DNA from: an uncultured Bacteroidota bacterium
Lineage (GTDB): Bacteria; Bacteroidota; Bacteroidia; Flavobacteriales; Flavobacteriaceae
Assembly: GCA_903879875.1 (NCBI GenBank)
Contig: CAIRNC010000133.1
Location: 1-32,986 of the forward strand
Length of the DNA stretch: 32,986 nt
Direction: 5' to 3'
Of this stretch, positions 16,937 to 24,940 are shown piece by piece (within the stretch, counting starts at the first letter, position 1; the number at the start of each line of letters is the position of its first letter). A program made the translations under genes and the position numbers. The notes beneath the pieces are model-generated. The model made no database searches. It saw only the letters and a list, made by a program, of their open reading frames with translations, and was not told where the DNA came from.

Positions 16937-18472
16937 ATGAAAAAAACAATTATCCTTCTAACCCTTTGCCTTATCGGCACACTATCTTTGGCACAACAAG
17001 CCCCAGCAATACAATGGCAGAAATGTTTGGGAGGAACAAATTATGAATGGGCTAACAGCATTCAACCCACTACCGATGGGGGCTGCATCATGGCGGGTTA
17101 TACTCAATCTACATATGGTGATGTTACAGGAAATCATGGGCAAAATGATGTATGGGTAGTGAAACTCAGCAACACAGGTAGTTTGCAATGGCAAAAATGC
17201 TTAGGAGGAGCAGGTGTTGATTGGGCATCAAGCATACAAATTACTACAGATGGAGGCTATATCATTGCAGGATTCACCAATTCTATCGATGGTGATTTGA
17301 CAGGAAGTCATGGCAATTATGATGCTTGGGTAATTAAAATCAGCAGTATTGGTTCGCTCCAATGGCAAAAAGCTTTGGGAGGCACAGCTGATGATTATGC
17401 AAATAGCATTCAATTAACTACCGATGGGGGCTACATCATGGCGGGATATACTTTATCTAACGATGGAGATGTTACCGGAAATCATGGAGCACAGGATGCA
17501 TGGGTAGTGAAACTCAGCAGCACGGGAAGCTTGCAATGGCAAAAAGCTTTGGGAGGAATAACTACTGATGAAGCTCTAAGCATTAAAAACACTAATGATG
17601 GTGGCTACATCTTAGCGGGCTTTACCTTTTCTAACAATGATGATGTTGCCGGAAATCATGGAGCACAAGATGCATGGGTAGTGAAACTCAGCAGCACGGG
17701 AAGCTTGCAATGGCAAAAAGCTTTGGGAGGAACAAGTGATGATCAAGCAAATAGTATTCAACCCACTCCTGATGGGGGCTACATCATGGCGGGATATACC
17801 GCTTCTATAGATGGTGATGTTACAGGAAATCATGGCTTTAGTGATTTTTGGGTAGTAAAACTCAGCAGTACGGGCAGTCTACAATGGCAAAAAAACATTG
17901 GCGGGACATATAATGAAGAAGCTAAAAGTATTCAACTTACTCCCGATGGGGGCTACATTATTGCGGGATATACATATTCTATCGATGGCGATGTCACCGG
18001 AAATCATGGAAGTTATGATGCTTGGGTAGTCAAACTCAATAGCACAGGCAGCGTGCAATGGCAAAATGCCTTGGGAGGAACAAGTAGTGATTATGCTAAC
18101 AGCATCCAACCTACGCCCGATGGGGGTTTTATCGTGGCGGGATATACTTATTCCGATAATGGTGATATAACAGGTAATCATGGTGATAGTGATGCTTGGG
18201 TTGTAAAACTAGGGTCAGAGTTGTCCACCACTGGATTTGTAAAAGAGGTAATAGTGGTGTTTCCTAACCCAGCCAAATCCCTACTCACCGTGCAAAACAA
18301 CCACCAAACGCCTTTCGAGAAAATAGTCATCACCGACCTTATGGGTAAAATAGTCTTAACCCAAACCGCCCCAACTTCGCAAGTAAATGTTGCCGCATTA
18401 GCCAATGGTTTGTACATTTTAACCGCCTTTTCCGGCGAGGAGCAATGGGTGAGCAAGTTTGTGAAAGAGTAA
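16937..18472 (+). CDS. T9SS type A cargo protein with seven 58-aa repeats (probable beta-propeller)
   Basis: Signal peptide; 7 x WQKxLGG...SIQxTxDGGYIxAGYT.SxDGDVTGNHGxxDAWVVKL at 174-nt period; FPNP...LANGLYIL...KFVKE CTD. Confidence 0.88.
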   Translation: MKKTIILLTLCLIGTLSLAQQAPAIQWQKCLGGTNYEWANSIQPTTDGGCIMAGYTQSTYGDVTGNHGQNDVWVVKLSNTGSLQWQKCLGGAGVDWASSIQITTDGGYIIAGFTNSIDGDLTGSHGNYDAWVIKISSIGSLQWQKALGGTADDYANSIQLTTDGGYIMAGYTLSNDGDVTGNHGAQDAWVVKLSSTGSLQWQKALGGITTDEALSIKNTNDGGYILAGFTFSNNDDVAGNHGAQDAWVVKLSSTGSLQWQKALGGTSDDQANSIQPTPDGGYIMAGYTASIDGDVTGNHGFSDFWVVKLSSTGSLQWQKNIGGTYNEEAKSIQLTPDGGYIIAGYTYSIDGDVTGNHGSYDAWVVKLNSTGSVQWQNALGGTSSDYANSIQPTPDGGFIVAGYTYSDNGDITGNHGDSDAWVVKLGSELSTTGFVKEVIVVFPNPAKSLLTVQNNHQTPFEKIVITDLMGKIVLTQTAPTSQVNVAALANGLYILTAFSGEEQWVSKFVKE

Positions 18473-18474
18473 TT

Positions 18475-18509
18475 TGGTTGTCGGTTGTTGGTTATCGGTT
18501 GTCGGTTGC
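18475..18509 (+). repeat. Heptamer array (YGGTTRY x5)
   Basis: TGGTTGT CGGTTGT TGGTTAT CGGTTGT CGGTTGC. Confidence 0.9.
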
Positions 18510-18552
18510 AGAAGTAGGAGTGAGAAGGGTTATGAAGGTTTATGAGGTTTAG

Positions 18553-18594
18553 AAAATCAAAAATCTTCAATCGTTATTCAGCAATCTAAAATCA
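18553..18594 (-). repeat. Degenerate heptamer array (nnnAATC type)
   Basis: AAAATC AAAAATC TTCAATC GTTATTC AGCAATC TAAAATC. Confidence 0.65.
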
Positions 18595-18603
18595 AAAAAA
18601 GGT

Positions 18604-18662
18604 TTATGAAATGCTTCGCCAGTTCGCTATCGCTTGGGTTCTCCTTCGTCAGCCAGACAAAA
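18604..18662 (-). repeat. REP-like element, right copy, interrupted by micro-element copy C
   Basis: TTATGAAAT[27 nt]TCTCCTTCGTCAGCCAGACAAA versus reverse complement of the left copy TTATGTGATACTTCCTTCGTCAGCATGACAAA. Confidence 0.65.
18613..18639 (+). repeat. 27-nt micro-element, copy C
   Basis: GCTTCGCCAGTTCGCTATCGCTTGGGT. Confidence 0.8.
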
Positions 18663-18707
18663 ATAAACAATTAGTAACAGACCGTCATAGTAGTTTTTAC
18701 TATCACA

Positions 18708-18749
18708 GACAACCGACAACCGACAACCGACAACTGATAACCAACAACC
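18708..18749 (-). repeat. Heptamer array (GACAACC-type x6), inverted partner of 18475-18509
   Basis: GACAACC x3, GACAACT, GATAACC, AACAACC. Confidence 0.9.
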
Positions 18750-18776
18750 TTTCCCTTGTAAACCGAAAACTTTTTT

Positions 18777-18784
18777 TATATTTG
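18777..18784 (+). promoter_or_regulatory. -7 promoter element for the S9 peptidase
   Basis: TATATTTG 24 nt upstream of the ATG. Confidence 0.6.
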
Positions 18785-18808
18785 TTTCACTTATAAAAAT
18801 AGGGAAAC

Positions 18809-20941
18809 ATGAACAAATTTCTGATACTTCTTTTGAGTTGTTTTGTAGCAACTTCTTCTTTTGGGCAATTGAAAAAACTAAGTTTAGACGATGCCGTAAT
18901 GCAACAAAACAAACTATTTAGAGCCGATAGACTGACCGCTTTTCAATGGATTCCGAATACAACGCGCTATACCTATATTGCCGATTCGGGTAAAAAATTA
19001 ATGACCGCCAATACTAAAGACACCAAAACCACCGAACTATTGTCGCTCTTGGAGCTCAACAAAGCCATTGGTGCCGATTTGAAAACGTTTTTCGGATTGG
19101 AGTGGACGAGTGCCAACACTTTTAAAATAGGCAGTGGCAGCAAACACTATCAATACAACACCGCTACAAAAACAGGAATATTGTTGTTTGAATTGCCCGA
19201 AAAAGCAGAAAACCCAACCTTTGATGCTACCAAAGAGCACCTTGCTTTTACAGAAGGAAACAACCTTTATTTGTTAAAAAACAAATCGGAAAGAGTAACC
19301 ATCACTAATGAAACGAACCCCAATATAGTTTCAGGACAATTTATTGCTAGAAATGAATTCGGTATAAAAGGGGGCATCTTTTGGTCGCCAAAAGCCAATT
19401 GTATTGCTTTCTATCAAAAAAACCAATCCGAAGTAGCCGATTATCCCTTGCTGGATATTACGGAAACGCCAGGCAAATTAGAGAATATCAAATATCCAAT
19501 GACGGGACAAAAAAGCGAAAAACCTCGTGTAGGCATTTATAATCTAGCAACCAACCAAACGGTTTTCATTACGCCAAAAGGCAATCCCGACGATTATTTA
19601 ACCAATCTTTCTTGGACACCAGACGAAAAACAGGTGGTTATTGCCGAGCTAAACAGAGGGCAAAACGACATGTCTTTAAATCTTTATGATGCACAAACAG
19701 GGGCTTTTGTTCGTAAGCTGCTTAATGAGAAAAACCCAAATTGGGTAGAGCCAGAGCATGCTGCTTATTTTCCGAACAACCAATCGAATAACTTTGTTTG
19801 GATAAGCGAAAAAAGCGGGTTCAACAATTTGTACTACTATACGATTGAAGGCAAATTGATCAAACAGTTGACCAATAACGCTTTTCCAGTGAGAGATATT
19901 CTAGGAAGCAATCCTTCTGGAAGTGAAATTTACTTTTCGTCAACGGGCGAAAATCCAACCAACATGTTAGCTTATAAAGTAGATTTAAAAGGCAAACAAA
20001 CCCTGATAGGCAAAGACCCAGGCGTTCATACTTTTGCGGCAAGCACCGATGGCAATTGGTTTTTTGATGAATATACCAATCATGCTACAACATACAAATC
20101 ATTGTTGTATGACAAAAATTTAAATGCTAAAGTGCTTCAAGAAAGCACCAATAAATATGACGGCTACGAAATGGGAACTGCAGAGATAAAAACCATTAAA
20201 GCTGCTGATGGCACCACAGATTTGTACACGAGACTTATTAAACCCAGCAACTTTGACGCCTCAAAAAAATATCCTGTTTTGGTCTATGTTTATGGTGGAC
20301 CACATGCACAAATGATTACCAATTCCTATCTTGATGGCGCAAGCCTTTGGATGTATTGGATGGCAGAACAAGGTTATTTGGTCTTTACGGTGGACAATCG
20401 GGGTTCCGACAATCGAGGATTTGCTTTTGAAAGTGTGATTCATGGTCGATTAGGCGTGAATGAAATCGACGACCAAATGAAAGGCGTGGACTATCTAAAA
20501 ACTTTGCCTTTTGTGGACAGCAATCGATTGGCGCTTCACGGATGGAGTTTTGGAGGATTCATGACCACTTCCATCATGTTGCGCAAACCCGATGTGTTTA
20601 AAGTTGGTGTTGCTGGCGGACCAGTAACCGATTGGAAATATTATGAAATCATGTATGGCGAACGTTATATGGACACCCCTGCCGAAAACCCTAAAGGATT
20701 TGAAGAAGCCAGCACCTTAAATTATGTAAAAGACCTAAAAGGCAAATTGCTACTTATTCACGGCACAAGTGATGATGTGGTCGTGATGCAAAACAACTTT
20801 TCGCTCATTAAAAAATTTGTGGAAACTCAAAAACAAGTCGATTTCTTTGCTTATCCAATGCACAAACACAATGTTACCGGAAAAGACCGCGTGCACTTGA
20901 TGACTAAGGTTTTGAACTATGTGATGGAGAATAATAAATAA
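18809..20941 (+). CDS. S9B peptidase (dipeptidyl-peptidase IV / prolyl tripeptidyl peptidase family)
   Basis: Signal peptide; FWSP, YPMTG, YVYGGPHAQ, DNRGS, GWSFGG (nucleophile Ser), HGTSDDVV (Asp), HKH (His). Confidence 0.92.
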   Translation: MNKFLILLLSCFVATSSFGQLKKLSLDDAVMQQNKLFRADRLTAFQWIPNTTRYTYIADSGKKLMTANTKDTKTTELLSLLELNKAIGADLKTFFGLEWTSANTFKIGSGSKHYQYNTATKTGILLFELPEKAENPTFDATKEHLAFTEGNNLYLLKNKSERVTITNETNPNIVSGQFIARNEFGIKGGIFWSPKANCIAFYQKNQSEVADYPLLDITETPGKLENIKYPMTGQKSEKPRVGIYNLATNQTVFITPKGNPDDYLTNLSWTPDEKQVVIAELNRGQNDMSLNLYDAQTGAFVRKLLNEKNPNWVEPEHAAYFPNNQSNNFVWISEKSGFNNLYYYTIEGKLIKQLTNNAFPVRDILGSNPSGSEIYFSSTGENPTNMLAYKVDLKGKQTLIGKDPGVHTFAASTDGNWFFDEYTNHATTYKSLLYDKNLNAKVLQESTNKYDGYEMGTAEIKTIKAADGTTDLYTRLIKPSNFDASKKYPVLVYVYGGPHAQMITNSYLDGASLWMYWMAEQGYLVFTVDNRGSDNRGFAFESVIHGRLGVNEIDDQMKGVDYLKTLPFVDSNRLALHGWSFGGFMTTSIMLRKPDVFKVGVAGGPVTDWKYYEIMYGERYMDTPAENPKGFEEASTLNYVKDLKGKLLLIHGTSDDVVVMQNNFSLIKKFVETQKQVDFFAYPMHKHNVTGKDRVHLMTKVLNYVMENNK

Positions 20942-21490
20942 GTTAAAGGTAACTTTAAAAGGGACTGTATAAAAATTGGAATATGAAAAAAATTCTTATA
21001 ACTATTTTTATCTTTTTAACTGTAATAATCTTAGTAGTTTTTATTTGGATAAATTTACCTTTTACAATTACAAGATATTATGATATAAAACGTGGAGAAA
21101 ATATAATTCAAAATGTACAGACCTATAAACAGAAAAATGGATTGCCAAATAATAATGAATGGAAAGTTCTTGAAATGTTAGGCTTTGAAAATAAGGTTGA
21201 TTATTTACAACCAGATTATTTTAAAATAAATGACGAAATATATGAGATAATTTATTTAGATGGTTTGGATGGTCCATTTTTAAAGTGGAATTCAAAAGAA
21301 AGAGTTTGGAAAATGGGAAATCCAAGTAAATACAAATAAGAAAATCTTGCTATAAACGCGGTTTAGGAAATTGGGGTTTTAGGGATTAATTTAAAGTTTG
21401 TTTTGTATTTTGAATTTCGGTGTTTAATCGAAAAGTTTCGAGCTTACAAATATCCAGAAATCCTTAAATCCTCAAAACGATAATAGGAAG
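20942..21490 (+). mobile_element. Putative solitary gene cassette (GTT core, ORF, degenerate attC-like palindrome)
   Basis: GTTAAAGGTAAC directly after the peptidase stop, an ORF with no obvious promoter, then imperfect inverted arms at 21346-21376 and 21452-21490. Confidence 0.45.
20983..21339 (+). CDS. Hypothetical protein with N-terminal membrane anchor
   Basis: 118 aa, MKK plus a hydrophobic helix; visibly more AT-rich than the flanking genes; no family recognised. Confidence 0.75.
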   Translation: MKKILITIFIFLTVIILVVFIWINLPFTITRYYDIKRGENIIQNVQTYKQKNGLPNNNEWKVLEMLGFENKVDYLQPDYFKINDEIYEIIYLDGLDGPFLKWNSKERVWKMGNPSKYK

Positions 21491-21499
21491 ATGAATAAG

Positions 21500-22171
21500 C
21501 TATTTCTTAATTCGCTTTCTCATTTCCTTAATCCAAATATTATATCCTTTGGTGTTCATGTGCAAGCTGTCGCTTTTGAAAATAGCGCCAATTGGTCTTT
21601 CGTTTTGAAGCATAAGATTCCAAATACTGATAAAATGAAGGTGTTTTTGCTTTTTGCAAAACTGCTCAATTTGATTGTTGGCAGCAATCATTCTATCGCG
21701 CATTTTCCATCGAAGCGGGCTGGGCTTTAAGGAAACGTAGTAAACATTTATCTTTGGAAACTTCATTCTGATGTGTTGGTAGAGTGTTTTAAATCGGTCA
21801 AAAACTACTTTTCCAGTAACGGTATCTGACGAAGCAACGTCGTTTTCGCCACAGTAAATAACGATGTTTTCGGGTTTATATTTTTCAAAAATAGTTGCCC
21901 GATACCGAATGACATCTAATAGTGTAGAACCCCCAAAAGCACGATTCAATGGTGCATATTCGGGCAAATCTTTTTCTAATGTTTTCCAATAAGTAAAGGA
22001 CGAACTTCCTATAAAAAGCGTTTTATAATGCGTGGGCATTTCAATGCTATCTTGTTTTTTGAAAGCTTGAATGTCTTTCCAAAAAGGCGGATTTTGCGCT
22101 GAGGCATTGGAAACGATAAACATTATCGAAATGCAAATAATTGCTTTAAAATGATTAATGTTAATTCTCAT
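21500..22171 (-). CDS. GDSL/SGNH hydrolase family protein
   Basis: Signal peptide; FIGSSS, NRAFGGS, YCGEND, DSLHMN blocks. Confidence 0.9.
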   Translation of the reverse strand: MRININHFKAIICISIMFIVSNASAQNPPFWKDIQAFKKQDSIEMPTHYKTLFIGSSSFTYWKTLEKDLPEYAPLNRAFGGSTLLDVIRYRATIFEKYKPENIVIYCGENDVASSDTVTGKVVFDRFKTLYQHIRMKFPKINVYYVSLKPSPLRWKMRDRMIAANNQIEQFCKKQKHLHFISIWNLMLQNERPIGAIFKSDSLHMNTKGYNIWIKEMRKRIKK

Positions 22172-22245
22172 TGGTGTAATTTTTAAGCAATTAATTCTAA
22201 TTCATTAGAATAGCAATTTGAAAATAAAGTGAGAAACTATTTAAC

Positions 22246-23241
22246 TTAGTCTAACCTATCAGTTAGCTTTTTAAATACTTTTTTAGCCTCTTTTCCTTCA
22301 TACAAAATACTATAAACAGCATCAATTATTGGCGTTTGTGCTTGGTATTCTTGATTGAGTTGGTAGGCACTTTTTGTAGCATAATAACCTTCTGCAACCA
22401 TGCTCATTTCCATTTGAGCGGCTTTGACGGTATAGCCTTTTCCAATCATGTTACCAAACATTCGATTTCTAGAAAAAACAGAATATCCAGTAACTAATAA
22501 ATCCCCTAAGTAAGCTGAATTATTAATGTTTCGTTTCATTTTATGTACTTTTCGGATAAATTTTTTCATTTCGCGAATGCTGTTGCTCATTAAAACCGAT
22601 TGAAAATTATCGCCATAGCCTAATCCGTGTGCCATTCCGGCTGCAATGGCATAAATATTTTTAAGCATAGCGGCATATTCGGTTCCAATAATATCATCGG
22701 TAATTTTGGCTTTTATGTAATTTCCAGATAAGCATTTGGCTACCATTCTAGCTTTATTCGGGTCTCCACAAGCAATAGTCAGGTACGACAAGCGCTCTAG
22801 CGCAACTTCTTCTGCATGGCAAGGCCCCGTAATGACACCTATATTATCATAAGGAATTTGATAGGTTTTATTAAAATGTTCCCCAACTATAAGACTTGTT
22901 TCAGGTACAATTCCTTTAATTGCTGAAAAGATGACTTTACCTTCTAGACTAGATGTCAATTTCTGTAATTCGTTATTTAAAAAAGCGGATGGAATGGCAA
23001 AAATGATATAATCGGCATAAGAAACAGCTTCATTTATATCGCTAGTTAGTTTTAATTTTTCAATATTAAACTCAACCGAACTTAAATAATTTGGGTTATG
23101 ATGCAACGTTTTTATATGTTCGATAGCCTCTTCATTACGCATGTACCAAGCTATTTCAGGTAGATTTACGCATAACATTTTAGCAATTGCTGTTGCCCAA
23201 CTACCTCCACCGATTACTGCAAATTTAGGATATACTGCCAT
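22246..23241 (-). CDS. gpsA: NAD(P)H-dependent glycerol-3-phosphate dehydrogenase
   Basis: GGGSWATA, IKG, GPCHAEEV, LKNIYAIAAG, GDLLVT..S..SRN, AEGYYA. Confidence 0.94.
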   Translation of the reverse strand: MAVYPKFAVIGGGSWATAIAKMLCVNLPEIAWYMRNEEAIEHIKTLHHNPNYLSSVEFNIEKLKLTSDINEAVSYADYIIFAIPSAFLNNELQKLTSSLEGKVIFSAIKGIVPETSLIVGEHFNKTYQIPYDNIGVITGPCHAEEVALERLSYLTIACGDPNKARMVAKCLSGNYIKAKITDDIIGTEYAAMLKNIYAIAAGMAHGLGYGDNFQSVLMSNSIREMKKFIRKVHKMKRNINNSAYLGDLLVTGYSVFSRNRMFGNMIGKGYTVKAAQMEMSMVAEGYYATKSAYQLNQEYQAQTPIIDAVYSILYEGKEAKKVFKKLTDRLD

Positions 23242-23301
23242 TTTATTTTAAGTTTTAGTCTAAAGTAATGACCTATTCTTTTAGGGATTATTTAGAAGAA
23301 C

Positions 23302-23309
23302 CAAATGTA
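23302..23309 (-). promoter_or_regulatory. -7 promoter element for gpsA
   Basis: TACATTTG on the minus strand. Confidence 0.5.
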
Positions 23310-23566
23310 CTTAATTTTGAAGAAAGAAAAAAAGAAACCAATTAGATATGATTATTTAGACTTTATATTATTATGAAAAAAAACTTATATTTTTTGATTC
23401 TCAGCACCTATCTATTTCTATCCATCGCTGAAATACAAATGATTTTTAATCATAACAATAATAAGTATAACGCTTGTCTATAAGACATTTTAAATTTCAT
23501 TTTGTACTAAATTGAAGTACATCCAAATCAGCTAAGTTCACTTCTATTATATTTCAACAAAATCAA

Positions 23567-23574
23567 TATATTTG
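23567..23574 (+). promoter_or_regulatory. -7 promoter element for the M20 hydrolase
   Basis: TATATTTG 76 nt upstream of ATG 23651. Confidence 0.5.
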
Positions 23575-23650
23575 TTAAATAAATTATCACATGTAATCGC
23601 TTATTTAAACTTTGCTTTTTGATAAATTACAAATTAAAAACTACAACAAG

Positions 23651-24886
23651 ATGAAAATAAATGCTACCCGTCTTCAAAGTCATTTTGAAGCTATGAGTCT
23701 TATTGGAAAAATAGGTGATACTGGCACATGCCGACCAGCACATTCGCTTTTAGAAAAACAAGGATTTGAATTGGCTGCAACTTGGATGCAAGAAGCAGGT
23801 ATGACCACTCGGATTGATAATTTCGGAAATTTAATCGGGCGATTGGAAGGTAATAACCCAGAATTACCAATACTAATGATGGGTTCGCATCTCGATTCAC
23901 AACCTTATGGTGGTCGATTTGACGGGGTGGCAGGGGTTTTGTGTGCTATTGAAGTAGTTGCTACGATGCATGAAAACGGTTTTACGCCTGAAAGGAGTAT
24001 AGATGTAATTTCGTTTGCCGATGAAGAAGGCTGGCGTTTTAACAAAGGTATTTTTGGTTCGAGAGGAATTATTGGACGATTGGAAGAAGGCGAACTAGAA
24101 CGCACCGATAAAGACGGAATCACTAGAGCACAAGCGTTAATTGATTTTGGTTGTGATATTAATGGATTTGCAGCATCCGAATATAAATCAGGAAGTATCT
24201 TCTGTTTTCTTGAATTACACATTGAGCAAGGCCCCGTGTTAGACATGGCTAACAAGCCTATCGGCGTGGTCTCCGGAATTTCGGGACCTTTATGGTGGAC
24301 CGTAAAACTCAAAGGAATGGCGGGACATGCTGGTTCAGTGCCCATGCCTATTCGGAAAGATGCTATGGTAGGTGCCGCTGAAATCATTATTGCGTTAAAC
24401 AAAATTGCTACTCAAATTCCAGATGCACCAACGGTTGGAACGGTTGGAACACTAAATGTTTTTCCAGCATCTCGAAATATTATTGCCGAAGAAGTAAGTT
24501 TTACTATTGATCTTAGAGATATTGATTTAGAACGAAGAAACAAATATGAAAAGCAATTGCGAGACCGAATAGTAGCCATTACACAAAAACATCAACTCAC
24601 GTATGAAATTTCAGAAGACACCAATAGTGAGCCTCGCTATTGTGCCGGTTGGATAAAAAAAATCATACATAATGAATGTGAAAAACTCCAACTTGACGCC
24701 CCTGAATTGATGAGTGGGCCGTTTCATGATGCTTTGCCACTTTCTTACGTTTGTGATTATGGAATGATTTTTATTCGATGTAAAGACGGCATTAGCCACA
24801 ATCCGTTGGAATTTGCTTCTTATGAAGACTTAGCGCTTGGCGCAAATGTAATGGTTGGAACTGTTTTGTCTATATTGCAACAATAA
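23651..24886 (+). CDS. M20 Zn-dependent amidohydrolase (allantoate amidohydrolase / N-carbamoyl-L-amino-acid hydrolase family)
   Basis: GSHLDS..GGRFDG, DEEG.RF, ELHIEQGP, GHAG..PM..RKDA, HDA, GISHNP; ATG 23651 preferred over TTG 23612. Confidence 0.88.
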   Translation: MKINATRLQSHFEAMSLIGKIGDTGTCRPAHSLLEKQGFELAATWMQEAGMTTRIDNFGNLIGRLEGNNPELPILMMGSHLDSQPYGGRFDGVAGVLCAIEVVATMHENGFTPERSIDVISFADEEGWRFNKGIFGSRGIIGRLEEGELERTDKDGITRAQALIDFGCDINGFAASEYKSGSIFCFLELHIEQGPVLDMANKPIGVVSGISGPLWWTVKLKGMAGHAGSVPMPIRKDAMVGAAEIIIALNKIATQIPDAPTVGTVGTLNVFPASRNIIAEEVSFTIDLRDIDLERRNKYEKQLRDRIVAITQKHQLTYEISEDTNSEPRYCAGWIKKIIHNECEKLQLDAPELMSGPFHDALPLSYVCDYGMIFIRCKDGISHNPLEFASYEDLALGANVMVGTVLSILQQ

Positions 24887-24887
24887 A

Positions 24888-24920
24888 AAAACTCGGCTGT
24901 TTTTTTAACAGCCGAGTTTT
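24888..24920. terminator. Bidirectional intrinsic terminator
   Basis: AAAACTCGGCTGTT-TTTTT-AACAGCCGAGTTTT, a perfect 14-bp stem between convergent genes. Confidence 0.88.
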
Positions 24921-24940
24921 AATTTTCCTTTATTGGCTTA

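Noticed and set aside
17475-17732. Possible DGR template/variable repeat pair
   Set aside because: Both copies are in-frame protein repeats with one synonymous difference, and no reverse transcriptase is in the window.
15346-18760. Possible CRISPR array
   Set aside because: Repeats are short-period tandem or dispersed, with no constant repeat-spacer periodicity and no cas genes.
18178-18851. ORFs 18178-18570, 18611-18796 and 18627-18851
   Set aside because: They run through repeat arrays (RQPTTDNRQ) or lie antisense to real genes.
21491-21730. 79-aa plus-strand ORF after the attC-like element as a second cassette gene
   Set aside because: Almost entirely antisense to the well-supported GDSL hydrolase.
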